Part shown: positions 9,118-17,657 of the stretch, piece after piece
Numbering within the stretch: position 1 is the first letter of the stretch
Layout: every line of letters begins with the position of its first letter
Assembly (NCBI GenBank): GCA_945860405.1
Contig: CAMARC010000001.1
Location: forward strand, 1-46,360
Direction of reading: 5' to 3'
DNA: 46,360 bases
Source: Candidatus Kuenenia stuttgartensis
GTDB taxonomy: Bacteria; Planctomycetota; Planctomycetia; Pirellulales; UBA1268
Notes under the pieces: generated by a model
What the model was told of the DNA's origin: nothing
Database searches by the model: none
The model's input: the letters and a program-made list of their open reading frames with translations, nothing else
Program-made: the position numbers and the translations under genes

Positions 9118-10887
9118 TCACTGGGGGGGAGCTTCCGTGGGAGGGGGAGCCGAGAGTCGATCGGCCAGCAGACGACTGCCAAACCGCTGTGGCGAGGCGT
9201 CCTCACGGAGCAGGCGGGCCGCCTCGTCACGCTCGCCGAGGGCGAGACGAGCCCGGGCCAAATTCGCTCTCGCGGCATCGGACCAGACCCCCTCGGGGTT
9301 TGCCTGGAGCGTCATCCTGTCGAGGTAGTCGACGGCCGTCTCGTATTCCTTCTCGGAGAGCGTCAGCACGCCGAGCCAGTACGTCGCATCCCCCTTGAGC
9401 TCGTCGTACATCCGCTTCACCTGCTCGGCCTGTGGCGGCGGCAGGCCACGGAGCATCTCCGCAATCACCGCATTTCCGGGACGGGCCGCGAGGTAGGCCA
9501 TCTTCGCCCCATCGGGGCCATCGAGGACGCCGCGAAACTCGCGCAGCCGAGCGGCGTACAGCGGGCGGAACGACCGCGCCTCGCGGTTGGCGTCGGTCTG
9601 CTGGACCGCCACCCCCATGACCGCCAGTTCCTTCCCGAGCGCCGCATCGACCGCCGGGCGAAGCGCGCGGCGGCGGGCGAGCGTCTCCCAGGGAAACTCC
9701 CACAGCCCGCTGGGCCGATCGACGACCGGACTGGCCGGCGGTGGATCGGCGCTCGGGGTGGCGGGGCCCGGGCCCGGCAGGGCGGCGAGGGCCCGTGTCG
9801 CCACCGCCGTGGCATCGATGGCCAGATCAGCGCGGCGAGCGCCGGCGAGTTGTCGATCGAGGAGATGCATCCGCCGCGACAAGCTCCAGGGCGTGGCCGG
9901 AACGAGAACGGTGAGGCGTTCGATGTCGGCTGCCTGGACGGGATAGGGCCGATCGGGGAGGGACATGGCGGCGAGGATCGTGGGATCGCTCGCCGCCTGC
10001 CGGGCCGTCGCCACCCCCTCGCCCCCCGGGCCGGGAATCGGCATCCCATACCCCGGGTCGAAGAGATAGGCGTCGTCCCCACAGAGCACGGCGGGGACCC
10101 AGGGGCGGAGCGTCCCGGCAGCCCGGTCGCCGGTCGCAAGCATGACGCCGTCGAGTCCGGCGTGCCGGATGAGTTCGAGGAACACCCACGCCCGCTGCGG
10201 AGCACTGGCCCGCCCCGCCAGGAGGATCTCTCCGGTCGAGAACCACCGGCTCCCAGGATTGGCGTCGGTGGGCACCATCGGCGGATCACTCGTGGCAGCC
10301 AGCGACCGGATCGTCCAGTCAAACAGGGTGCGGGCGACGGCCAGATCCTCGATCGCGTCGCCGCGGGCCGTGGCGGCCACATCGGCCAACCAGCGTTGAT
10401 CACGGAGCGCGACAACATCGCCCGTGGCATCGAACGCCAGCTCACCGATCCCCTTGGTGACGCCGTCCCCCCGGAGCCGCTCGGGGAGGGTGTCGAGGAG
10501 CGGGTCGAGACGCCAGGCATCGGCGTTCCCCGCCCCCGCCATGGCATGGCTCCACTGGTTGAGGCGGTCGAACACCTGGGGAAAGGCGACCGACTCCTCG
10601 TACGTCTCCAAGTTCCCGAGGACGTCCATCGCCCCTTCGAGGAGTTTGTCACGGACTTCCCGCGACATCGGCTGGGCTGCCGCCACGGCGCCGGCCTGGT
10701 CAGGGGAGGACGCGTTGGCAGTGGGGGCCGAGCGGGGGTCGGCCTTGGTGGTCGGCCGGCCGCGCGTGGCACGGGGGCCGCAGCCAGCCACAGAGACGGC
10801 CAGAAGGATCAGCAGGGCCGTTCCCACGACTGCCCGGGGGAACGGGCCTGACAACGATCGCGATCGGAGAGCGAGGAACGCGATCAT
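9118..10887 (-). CDS. putative lipoprotein with degenerate transglutaminase-like core and C-terminal TPR-like helices
   Basis: Lipobox-like [10 protein letters not shown] after a hydrophobic N-terminus. The central segment [27 protein letters not shown]...[21 protein letters not shown] resembles a transglutaminase-like fold in which the Cys/His positions appear substituted. The C-terminus has TPR-like repeats. The start ATG overlaps the kdsA stop (ATGA at 10884-10887). Confidence 0.55.
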   Translation of the reverse strand: MIAFLALRSRSLSGPFPRAVVGTALLILLAVSVAGCGPRATRGRPTTKADPRSAPTANASSPDQAGAVAAAQPMSREVRDKLLEGAMDVLGNLETYEESVAFPQVFDRLNQWSHAMAGAGNADAWRLDPLLDTLPERLRGDGVTKGIGELAFDATGDVVALRDQRWLADVAATARGDAIEDLAVARTLFDWTIRSLAATSDPPMVPTDANPGSRWFSTGEILLAGRASAPQRAWVFLELIRHAGLDGVMLATGDRAAGTLRPWVPAVLCGDDAYLFDPGYGMPIPGPGGEGVATARQAASDPTILAAMSLPDRPYPVQAADIERLTVLVPATPWSLSRRMHLLDRQLAGARRADLAIDATAVATRALAALPGPGPATPSADPPPASPVVDRPSGLWEFPWETLARRRALRPAVDAALGKELAVMGVAVQQTDANREARSFRPLYAARLREFRGVLDGPDGAKMAYLAARPGNAVIAEMLRGLPPPQAEQVKRMYDELKGDATYWLGVLTLSEKEYETAVDYLDRMTLQANPEGVWSDAARANLARARLALGERDEAARLLREDASPQRFGSRLLADRLSAPPPTEAPPQ

Positions 10888-11747
10888 GCGCCGACCTCCC
10901 GTTCACCGGCCAAGCGGGCTTCATGGATTCGCAGCACCCTCTCCAGCACCCCCCGAAGCCGGTCGAGCGGCACCATGTTCGGGCCGTCGCTGGGGCTGGA
11001 ATCGGGATCGGGGTGGGTTTCGAGGAACAGGCCATCCACCCCCACGGCGACGGCTGCCCGGGCGAGCGGCTCGACGAGCGTTCGATCCCCCCCGGTGGCA
11101 TCCCCCAGGCTCGCCGGTTGCTGGACGGAATGGGTGGCATCGAAGATCACCGGCACGCCGAAGCTTCGCATCACCGGGAGGCCGGTGAAGTCGTTGACCA
11201 GACGCCCGTAGCCGAAGAACGTGCCCCGTTCGCAGAGCATCACGTCTTGGCAACCGCCTGCGAGCAGTTTCGCGACGGCATGCTTCATGTCGCCGGGGGC
11301 GACGAATTGCCCTTTCTTGACATTCACCGCCTTCCCCGTGGCGGCTGCGGCGAGGAGGAGATCGGTCTGACGGCAAAGGAACGCCGGAATCTGGATCAGG
11401 TCGCAGACGGCACCGATCGCGGCCCCCTGATCGGGGAGATGCATGTCGGTGGTTACCGGGAGCCCCGTGGCCGCCCGCACCTTGTCGAGGATCGCGAGCC
11501 CTTCATCGAGACCGGGGCCGCGGAATGCCCCGGCGCTCGTGCGGTTGGCCTTGTCGAAGGACGCTTTGAAGACGCACCGGATCGGCAAGCTTGCGGCGAT
11601 CGCGGCGAGGGAGTCCGCAACCTGAAGGCACAAGCTCTCGTGCTCCATGACGCACGGCCCCGCGATCACCAGAAGGGGCTCGCCCGGACCGCACCGATGA
11701 GGCCCGACATGAGCGGGGAGACGGGAGATCACGGGCGGCTCCGACAA
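10884..11747 (-). CDS. kdsA: 3-deoxy-8-phosphooctulonate (KDO8P) synthase
   Basis: Motifs [43 protein letters not shown] and [11 protein letters not shown] start as given by the track. Confidence 0.9.
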   Translation of the reverse strand: MSEPPVISRLPAHVGPHRCGPGEPLLVIAGPCVMEHESLCLQVADSLAAIAASLPIRCVFKASFDKANRTSAGAFRGPGLDEGLAILDKVRAATGLPVTTDMHLPDQGAAIGAVCDLIQIPAFLCRQTDLLLAAAATGKAVNVKKGQFVAPGDMKHAVAKLLAGGCQDVMLCERGTFFGYGRLVNDFTGLPVMRSFGVPVIFDATHSVQQPASLGDATGGDRTLVEPLARAAVAVGVDGLFLETHPDPDSSPSDGPNMVPLDRLRGVLERVLRIHEARLAGEREVGA

Positions 11748-12205
11748 CGTCGCGGGCAGGGGAAAACGCCTTCATGACGGCGCGACAGGAGCCGGGGAAG
11801 GCGACGGCTTTGGCATCATAGCCGTCCGCGGAAAAAGTCATCCACGACCGATCCGGCGGCAGGGGATGTTCCGCGCCGGATCGCTCGATCCCCCGAGACC
11901 GGCCCCCGGATCGACGCCCCCGCACGCTTCTGCGCGCCGCATTCTGCGACGGACCGTATCGGAATGCAGCGCCCGAGGCGCCGCAGTGGTTGGCCGCCGA
12001 CGCCCCGCCCACGTCAGACAATCACGTCTTGGGCCCCGGCCCGTCGCTCGTTTTCACAGCCGAAAATCGACCCTCCAGCCAAAGATTTGCCCCGCGGCCA
12101 GCCGCCCGATCTCAGCCGCCGCAAGCCTTCGCGGTCTTTGGCACGGCGTCTGCACTTCAGGGACGGTGTCGGGCGGCCCTCACCGCTCGACAAACCCACT
12201 CGTAA

Positions 12206-12310
12206 GGTGGGGCCTCTGGCTTCCTCCGGGCGTGCGGTCGCCTTGCCCCTGACCCGCACTCCCATGGCAGGATGCTCCTGCCGGGTCGGAGGCCCCACCT
12301 TTTTTCTTTT
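12206..12310 (+). ncRNA. candidate structured RNA / complex intrinsic terminator (family unassigned)
   Basis: An 11-bp perfect closing helix, GGTGGGGCCTC (12206-12216) with GAGGCCCCACC (12289-12299), encloses two hairpins. These are GTGCGGTC/GACCCGCAC (12232-12259, one bulge) and GGCAGG/CCTGCC (12266-12282). The structure is followed at once by T6CT4 (12300-12310). No convincing gene lies upstream on this strand. Confidence 0.3.
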
Positions 12311-12355
12311 CACCGGTCTGAAGAGTCGGGGGAAAGCCATTTTCCCGGACGACCC

Positions 12356-12385
12356 TTGACGGTGCCCCGGTCCCTGCGCTAATTT
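12356..12385 (+). promoter_or_regulatory. candidate sigma70-like promoter upstream of tRNA-Thr
   Basis: TTGACG (12356-12361), an 18-nt spacer, then TAATTT (12380-12385). It sits in an otherwise GC-rich gene-free region about 145 nt upstream of the tRNA. This is a sequence match only. Confidence 0.3.
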
Positions 12386-12530
12386 TCGGGGTTCCGAACG
12401 ACCGGATCCGCTTCCAGCAGATCCGGCCGGCAGGGCGGTCTTGGGCCGACCGGCCGTGGTCTTCGTTTCGGAAGCGATTCCAAATCCGCTTCCGGCGATC
12501 GTCCGCAGCAGTCGCCCAGCCCGACCACAG

Positions 12531-12604
12531 GCCAGCGTAGCTTCAATTGGCAGAGCACCGCATTCGTAATGCGGGGGTTGCGGGTTCGACTCCCGCCGCT
12601 GGCT
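12531..12604 (+). tRNA. tRNA-Thr (anticodon CGU)
   Basis: A hand-folded 74-nt cloverleaf. The 7-bp acceptor stem is GCCAGCG/CGCTGGC and the D arm is GCTT..GAGC. The anticodon stem CCGCA/TGCGG carries the loop TTCGTAA. The variable loop is 5 nt, and the T arm GCGGG/CCCGC has a TTCGACT loop. CCA is not encoded, and the gene is followed by TTTTTT. Confidence 0.93.
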
Positions 12605-12633
12605 TTTTTCCCTTCTTTCGCTGAAAGGCTGAC

Positions 12634-13977
12634 ATGCCCGCTACCGTCGACGTCCGCGATCTGTTTACCAGCACCGGCCCCTTCGGCCCGACCGAGATCG
12701 CTGGTGTGATCGGACTGCTCGGCAGCGATCCGGCCACCCACCGGGATCTCCGGGCGGCGGTCAAGGAACTCGAGGGGCAGGGGGAGCGCAGCCCCGCGTC
12801 GAGCGTGCGTCTCGGCGTCGGGCAGTATCTCCTCGGCCGCTGGAAGGATGCGATCCAGACGCTCAAGTCGGCCGACGGTGGGGCGGTGGCCCACTACTAC
12901 CAGGCTCGTTCGCTCCTCGCTCTGGCGATGGCCGGCGATCATTCCTCCGACCTCCTCACTCGGGCCACGGAGGCCTTTGCTGCGGCTCAAAAGGGGGGCT
13001 ACGACGGCATCGCCTGCGGCGTGGGGGCCTCTGAGGCCAAGCGCCTTGCCGGCAACTCCAAAGAGGCCGAAAGTGCGCTGTCAAAGCTCGGCACTGGCGC
13101 CGAGGCCTCGGCTGATTTCTGGGCCGAGAAGGCCACGATTGCCGCTGACCTTGGCCTCCCGCTGGCTGACACGATGGTGGCCCTGGAGAAGGCTCTTGCC
13201 CTCGATCCCGGGCATCCCGCCGCGCTGTTCGCGATGGGGGTGATCAACGACCGCGTCGGCAATGATGACGAGGCCAAGGCCTGCTACGAGCGGGCCGTGC
13301 AACGCTATCCGGCGTCGGTTGGGGCCCTCATGAATCTCGGCATCCTCTACGAGGACCGCGACGACTTCATCAACGCCCAGCAGTGCTACAAGCGAATCCT
13401 CCAAGTCTACCCCGACCACCCCCGGGCCCGCCTGTTCCTCAAAGATTCCTCCGCGTCAGGCAACTTGCAGCTCGACGATCAGGATCAAAAGCAGCGTGAT
13501 CGTCTCGATCATGTCCTCGCCCTCCCGGTCAGCGACTTCGAACTCTCGGTGCGAAGTCGCAACTGCCTCCAGAAGATGGGCATCCAAACGCTCGGCGACC
13601 TCGCCCGGACGACCGAGGCGGAGATCCTCGAGAGCAAGAACTTCGGCGAGACGAGCCTCGTTGAGATCAAGGAGATGCTCGCCACGAAGGGGCTGACCCT
13701 CGGCCAACTGGCTGCGGCTTCGGCCACCGAGGAGCCCGCCTACGAACCTGAAGCCCCGTCGGCGGACGATTCCGAAGTGCACTCCCTGCCAATCACCGAT
13801 CTTTCACTCTCGGTTCGGGCCAGGAAGTGCACCACGAAGCTCGGGATCGGAACGATTGGCGAGCTGATCCGCCGGACTGCCGAGGATCTCATGGAATGCA
13901 AGAACTTTGGCGTCACGAGCCTCAACGAGGTTCGGGAAAAGCTTTCCGAACGGGGCCTGAAGCTCCGCGGCGACTGA
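12634..13977 (+). CDS. TPR-repeat protein with two tandem RNA polymerase alpha-subunit C-terminal-domain (alpha-CTD)-like modules
   Basis: TPR-like helices at about aa 170-270. The two alpha-CTD-like HhH repeats are at about nt 13510-13701 (LELSVRSRNCLQKMGIQTLGDLARTTEAEILESKNFGETSLVEIKEMLATKGLTLG) and 13780-13968 (LSLSVRARKCTTKLGIGTIGELIRRTAEDLMECKNFGVTSLNEVREKLSERGLKL). Both closely match the RpoA CTD pattern LELSVRSANCL..IGDL..TE.ELL...N.G.KSL.EIK..L...GL.LG. A GAAAGG RBS lies 7 nt before the ATG. Confidence 0.8.
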   Translation: MPATVDVRDLFTSTGPFGPTEIAGVIGLLGSDPATHRDLRAAVKELEGQGERSPASSVRLGVGQYLLGRWKDAIQTLKSADGGAVAHYYQARSLLALAMAGDHSSDLLTRATEAFAAAQKGGYDGIACGVGASEAKRLAGNSKEAESALSKLGTGAEASADFWAEKATIAADLGLPLADTMVALEKALALDPGHPAALFAMGVINDRVGNDDEAKACYERAVQRYPASVGALMNLGILYEDRDDFINAQQCYKRILQVYPDHPRARLFLKDSSASGNLQLDDQDQKQRDRLDHVLALPVSDFELSVRSRNCLQKMGIQTLGDLARTTEAEILESKNFGETSLVEIKEMLATKGLTLGQLAAASATEEPAYEPEAPSADDSEVHSLPITDLSLSVRARKCTTKLGIGTIGELIRRTAEDLMECKNFGVTSLNEVREKLSERGLKLRGD

Positions 13978-13998
13978 GCTTCGCGCCTCGGTCGGCCC

Positions 13999-15261
13999 AT
14001 GCTGTCCGCTGCGGCGAGGCCTCGAGGAAGGCCGCTTTGGTGGCCAATTCACGCACGAAACGCCTCTTTTGGGGGGATGTTTGTTTGCGTCAGCCTGCCG
14101 TCGTCGGTACCGTGGAGAGGTTGGGCACCGACCTTTTCCCGGGGATTATCCGTGACAGCCGCGAGTCTGAAGCAAAAGCCGGTTCGTGATCTGGCCCGCC
14201 TGGCCAAGCAGCATGGTGTGGCCGGTTGGCACGCGATGCGCAAGGATCAGTTGATCCGGGCCTTGGTGCGAAAGGCCCGGGCCCGGCAGCCGGTTCCGGC
14301 CGCGGCGATGCGTCCCAAGGTCGCCCCGGCCCGACCGCCGGCCGCCGAAACCGCTCCGGCCCGGGACGAAGCTGTGGCGCTGCGGATTCAGGAGGCCCGG
14401 GAACGGATCGCCAAGGCCAAACTGCTCGCCACGCGGCCGGAGAACGGCCGCGCGGCTGCGTCGATGCGTGATCGGATCGTCGTCATGGTGCGCGGGCCCC
14501 ATTGGCTCCACGCCTTCTGGGAGATCACCTCCGCGAGCATTGTCCGCGCTCAGGCTGCCCTCGGTCAGGAGTGGCACGCCGCCCGCCCCATGCTCCGCGT
14601 TCTCCAACTCGAAAACGCCCTCCAGGCTTCACCGTCCGAACGCGTCGTTCGATCGATCGAGATCCATGGCGGCGTGAAGAACTGGTTCGTCGATGTCCGC
14701 GAGCCGATGCGCTGTCGCCTCGAAATCGGCTATCAGGCGCCCCACGGGAAGTTTCAGGCCCTGGCTCGCTCCAACGCCGTGACCGTCCCGGCCAATTCGC
14801 AGGCCGACACCCTCGACACCCACTGGGGGGATATCGCCGCCGACTGCGAGAAGATCTACGCCATGAGTGGCGGCTATTCTCCCGAGCACTCGAGCACCGA
14901 TCTCCAGGAACTCTTCGAAGAGAAGCTGCGGCGGCCGATCGGCCCCCCGGCACAGCGATCGTCGTCTGTCGACGGGGAGTTCAATCCGGAGGAGTCGAGT
15001 GATTTCCAGATTGAGGTCGATGCCGAGATGATCGTCTACGGGGCCACGCAACCCGGCGCCTACGTAACCCTTCAGGGGGAACCGGTCAAAGTCGGCCCGG
15101 ACGGCACCTTCCGCGTCCGCGTCGACCTCCCCAACAAGCGTCAGGTGCTCCCCATCATCGCCAGCAATCCCAACGGTGTGGAACGCCAAACCGTCGTGAT
15201 CGCAGTCGAACGCAACACGAAAACGATGGAAGCGGTCGGCCGGGACGTGGCCGACGTCTGA
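13999..15261 (+). CDS. Rho_N (Rho N-terminal/SAP-like) + DUF4912-like domain protein
   Basis: SLKQKPVRDLARLAKQHGVAGWHAMRKDQLIRALVRKA fits the Rho termination factor N-terminal domain pattern. DRIVVMVRGPHWLHAFWEI fits the DUF4912 N-terminal signature as I recall it. The start is uncertain: in-frame ATG 13999, ATG 14077 and GTG 14152 are all possible, and GTG 14152 would put Rho_N at the N-terminus. Confidence 0.65.
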   Translation: MLSAAARPRGRPLWWPIHARNASFGGMFVCVSLPSSVPWRGWAPTFSRGLSVTAASLKQKPVRDLARLAKQHGVAGWHAMRKDQLIRALVRKARARQPVPAAAMRPKVAPARPPAAETAPARDEAVALRIQEARERIAKAKLLATRPENGRAAASMRDRIVVMVRGPHWLHAFWEITSASIVRAQAALGQEWHAARPMLRVLQLENALQASPSERVVRSIEIHGGVKNWFVDVREPMRCRLEIGYQAPHGKFQALARSNAVTVPANSQADTLDTHWGDIAADCEKIYAMSGGYSPEHSSTDLQELFEEKLRRPIGPPAQRSSSVDGEFNPEESSDFQIEVDAEMIVYGATQPGAYVTLQGEPVKVGPDGTFRVRVDLPNKRQVLPIIASNPNGVERQTVVIAVERNTKTMEAVGRDVADV

Positions 15262-15328
15262 CGCCAGCGTGTATGATGGGAATGTTCCCGTGGGCTCAGG
15301 CTCCCGGGACCTCCAAGGGATCGACCGT

Positions 15329-15446
15329 GGAAACCTCCTCGGAAACCTCCTCGGAAACCTCCTCGGAAACCTCCTCGGAAACTTGTCGAAGACTTTTCGA
15401 AAACTTTTTCGGAAACCTCTTCGGAAGCTTCTTCGAAAACTTGGGG
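15329..15446. repeat. 12-nt tandem repeat array (4 perfect + ~6 degenerate units)
   Basis: GGAAACCTCCTC occurs 4 times perfectly (15329-15376). It is followed by GGAAACTTGTC, GAAGACTTTTC, GAAAACTTTTTC, GGAAACCTCTTC, GGAAGCTTCTTC and GAAAACTTGG. Two of the degenerate units are 11 nt long, so no single reading frame is preserved across the array. Confidence 0.9.
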
Positions 15447-15665
15447 CGATGGGTTTTCTGCCATGTTCGTGCTGCTGTCACACCATGCCGGTGAGCTCTT
15501 ACCGAGGCTCGTTGGGGGCTGATGAATTGTCCCGGCCGCAGGCCATGCCGGAGGCCGACGGATTTCCGTCGGTCGCCCGGATCTCCCGCCCCGGGGTCCA
15601 AGGCCCCCTCGTTTTTATCAACGAGCTCTCCGCATCCCAGACACCACGGCATTGCGGTGGAAAAC

Positions 15666-17657
15666 TCATCGCCCCGCGTTTCCGCCCCGCTTCTTCCCTT
15701 CCCGAGCCAGCCACGCCTCAAAGACCGCAGGGGGCGATCCCTGGAACACACTGGCAAAGGCTGCCTCAAATGGGGCCTCGGCATCGAGTTCGCTGAGGAT
15801 CGCCTTGAGGCGGCTTCCGCCCCCCGAAACGGCTGCGAGGAAGGCCCCGCCCACCGCGGCATCATCCGCTGGCCCGCCCATTCCCTCGACCACCACCGCG
15901 GGCCGCCGCATGCGATGCAGCCGTTCGCCGGCCTGACTGCGCCACTCCTTGGCGAGCGTCGACTTCGCCGCGACCTTCAAGGCCACCGCGCGGCCGGCGC
16001 CGGCCGCGAACCAGTCGGGCGTGCCACGGGCCAGAAATGCCGCGGCGGCGACTTCCTCGGCGATCGCCGCCATCGCATCGGCCCGATCGGCTGCTGAATC
16101 GACCGCCGGGGCGACGAGAGCCCCGTAGACCACGTCTCCGTTCACCCCCGCCTTCCCGGTGAGCCCCTTGGGGCGTTCGTCACCGAGAACATTGACCCAG
16201 AAGTCGGAGTAGTCGTAGGGCTTGTCGAAGACGATCAGGACGATCCCTCCCTTCACCAATGGGCCGCCGGTCGTGCCGAGGGTCTCGGCAACCTCCCCCA
16301 TCGCCTTTTCAGCAAGGTCAGCGAGGCTTTCGAGCCGCGCTTCGGGAACGTTGCCCACGAGGCGGAGATCGCCGCGGGTGACGACCAGGGGTTCCTCGTC
16401 GGCGATCGCCCGCCGCCACACCTCGTCTGTGGCCTCGAAGCGGGCCACGAGGAGATCGGCATGGGAGAGGCTCCGGGCCCGGCCGGCGGCAGCCACGGTC
16501 GCAAGCGGCGTCTGGGCCGTGAGCAGATCGAGCTTCCCCCCCTGATCGACCCACTTCTCGATCGTCGCGATCACCTCCGCGCTGAGCGGAGTCTTCCCGA
16601 GCGGCATCGGCTGCCCATCGATGTCGCGCCCCTTGAGCTTTCTCACCAGCAGGCTCGCGGCTCCTTCGCCGGCGACGATCGGCGCCCCGTTGGCGCCCCC
16701 ACGGAGCAGGGACTCAAGCGACACCATGGAGAGATTGCCGTCGGGCTGCATCGCGTCGTGGCAGCCGCCGCACTGTTTGACGAGCACCGGAGCGACCTCG
16801 AAGGCGAACGACACGTCGCCCGGCTCGAGTTTGACGGCCCCGGCGGGGGATGCAGACGCCGCGACAGTGGCCCCCGGATTCTGCAAAGACACCAACGGAT
16901 CGGCACCATCGAACACCGCTCCCTCGTTGATCCAGGTGACCAGCAGGGCGCACTCGTCGGGCGCCACCTTGCCGCCGCCGCGCGGCATGTCGCCGGTGCG
17001 GATCACCTCGACGAGGCGGCTGTCCGCCCCGGCCCCCTTCTGCACCATTCCGGTCTTCATGAGGGTGTCGTAGGAGGTGAACTGGAAATCTCCCCGCCTG
17101 CCGGCCACATGACAGCCCCCGCAATGGCGCACGAGGATCGGGGCGACCTGCTCGACGAAGCTCACGGCGGTCGAGGCCGGGCCCTTGACCCCCGGGCCGG
17201 TGGGCTTGCCGCCGCCCCCCTTCCTCGCAGTCCCGACCGGCCCCTTGCCCGGCTTCGCCGCGGACTCCCCCTTCGGCTTGGCCGCCGCCCGCGGCAGCGT
17301 GGGGAGCACGATGGCATCGACTTCGACTCCCTGAAGCTCGAGATCGTCGCGCAGCGTCCGGGCGCGGTCGAGCAATCCGCGGGCTGCCGCCGGCGGCGGC
17401 TCCGCGCCGACAAGCGTCGTGAGCGCGTCGATCGCCTTCACAAATCGGTCGCGGGCGGCCCCGGGGCGTTCCGCATCGAGGTCGTCGCGCACGCCATCGA
17501 GCAGCGACTTCACGGCGGCAGCCGTCGGCAGCGCGTCATCCGCTCGGCTCGTCGGCCCGGAGGTCACAAGCGCCATTGCGAGCGTTGCCAGGATCGCCAC
17601 GGCCAACCATCGACGGCTGGTGCCACGGGCAGCCGAAATCACGCCTGGGCCAATCAT
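15666..17657 (-). CDS. secreted protein with two PSCyt1 (planctomycete cytochrome c) domains and an uncharacterised C-terminal domain
   Basis: Signal-like WLAVAILATLAMALV. There are two CXXCH-containing PSCyt1-type segments: VAPILVRHCGGCHVAGRRGDFQFTSYDTLM...WINEGA and VAPVLVKQCGGCHDAMQPDGNLSMVSLESLLRGG...IEKWVDQGG. The ATG at 17657 overlaps the upstream gene's TGA (ATGA). Confidence 0.75.
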   Translation of the reverse strand: MIGPGVISAARGTSRRWLAVAILATLAMALVTSGPTSRADDALPTAAAVKSLLDGVRDDLDAERPGAARDRFVKAIDALTTLVGAEPPPAAARGLLDRARTLRDDLELQGVEVDAIVLPTLPRAAAKPKGESAAKPGKGPVGTARKGGGGKPTGPGVKGPASTAVSFVEQVAPILVRHCGGCHVAGRRGDFQFTSYDTLMKTGMVQKGAGADSRLVEVIRTGDMPRGGGKVAPDECALLVTWINEGAVFDGADPLVSLQNPGATVAASASPAGAVKLEPGDVSFAFEVAPVLVKQCGGCHDAMQPDGNLSMVSLESLLRGGANGAPIVAGEGAASLLVRKLKGRDIDGQPMPLGKTPLSAEVIATIEKWVDQGGKLDLLTAQTPLATVAAAGRARSLSHADLLVARFEATDEVWRRAIADEEPLVVTRGDLRLVGNVPEARLESLADLAEKAMGEVAETLGTTGGPLVKGGIVLIVFDKPYDYSDFWVNVLGDERPKGLTGKAGVNGDVVYGALVAPAVDSAADRADAMAAIAEEVAAAAFLARGTPDWFAAGAGRAVALKVAAKSTLAKEWRSQAGERLHRMRRPAVVVEGMGGPADDAAVGGAFLAAVSGGGSRLKAILSELDAEAPFEAAFASVFQGSPPAVFEAWLAREGKKRGGNAGR

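Noticed and set aside
12206-12299. Possibility that the closed helix element is the small SRP (4.5S) RNA, on either strand
   Set aside because: The terminal helix superficially resembles 4.5S ends. However, neither strand contains the conserved domain IV pattern (GGUCC-GNRA-GGAAGCAGCC with paired tetraloop stem). GCAA on the minus strand is not flanked by complementary bases.
11866-12359. Plus-strand ORFs 11866..12252, 11964..12359 and 11990..12205 in the kdsA-tRNA spacer (one ends exactly at the helix start)
   Set aside because: The translations are Pro/Arg/Ala/Ser-rich. GC3 is about 68% by my count for 11990..12205 against about 80% in neighbouring real genes. There is a TTG start, no SD and no motif.
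12531-12604. tRNA-Thr as an integration site for a genomic island or mobile element
   Set aside because: No integrase, transposase or recombinase ORF is recognisable anywhere in the window. I saw no copy of the tRNA 3' half that would mark an attachment-site duplication. Downstream genes have the same composition as the rest.
15141-15865. Small ORFs crossing the 12-nt repeat (15269..15796 +, 15273..15494 +, 15141..15464 -, 15296..15865 -) encoding GNLL, ETSS, RGGF or EEVS repeats
   Set aside because: Two 11-nt units break every frame's repeat phase and the third-position GC is unremarkable. The ORFs also overlap flanking real genes and have no SD. They are not called as CDS, although a small protein cannot be fully excluded (see the repeat finding).
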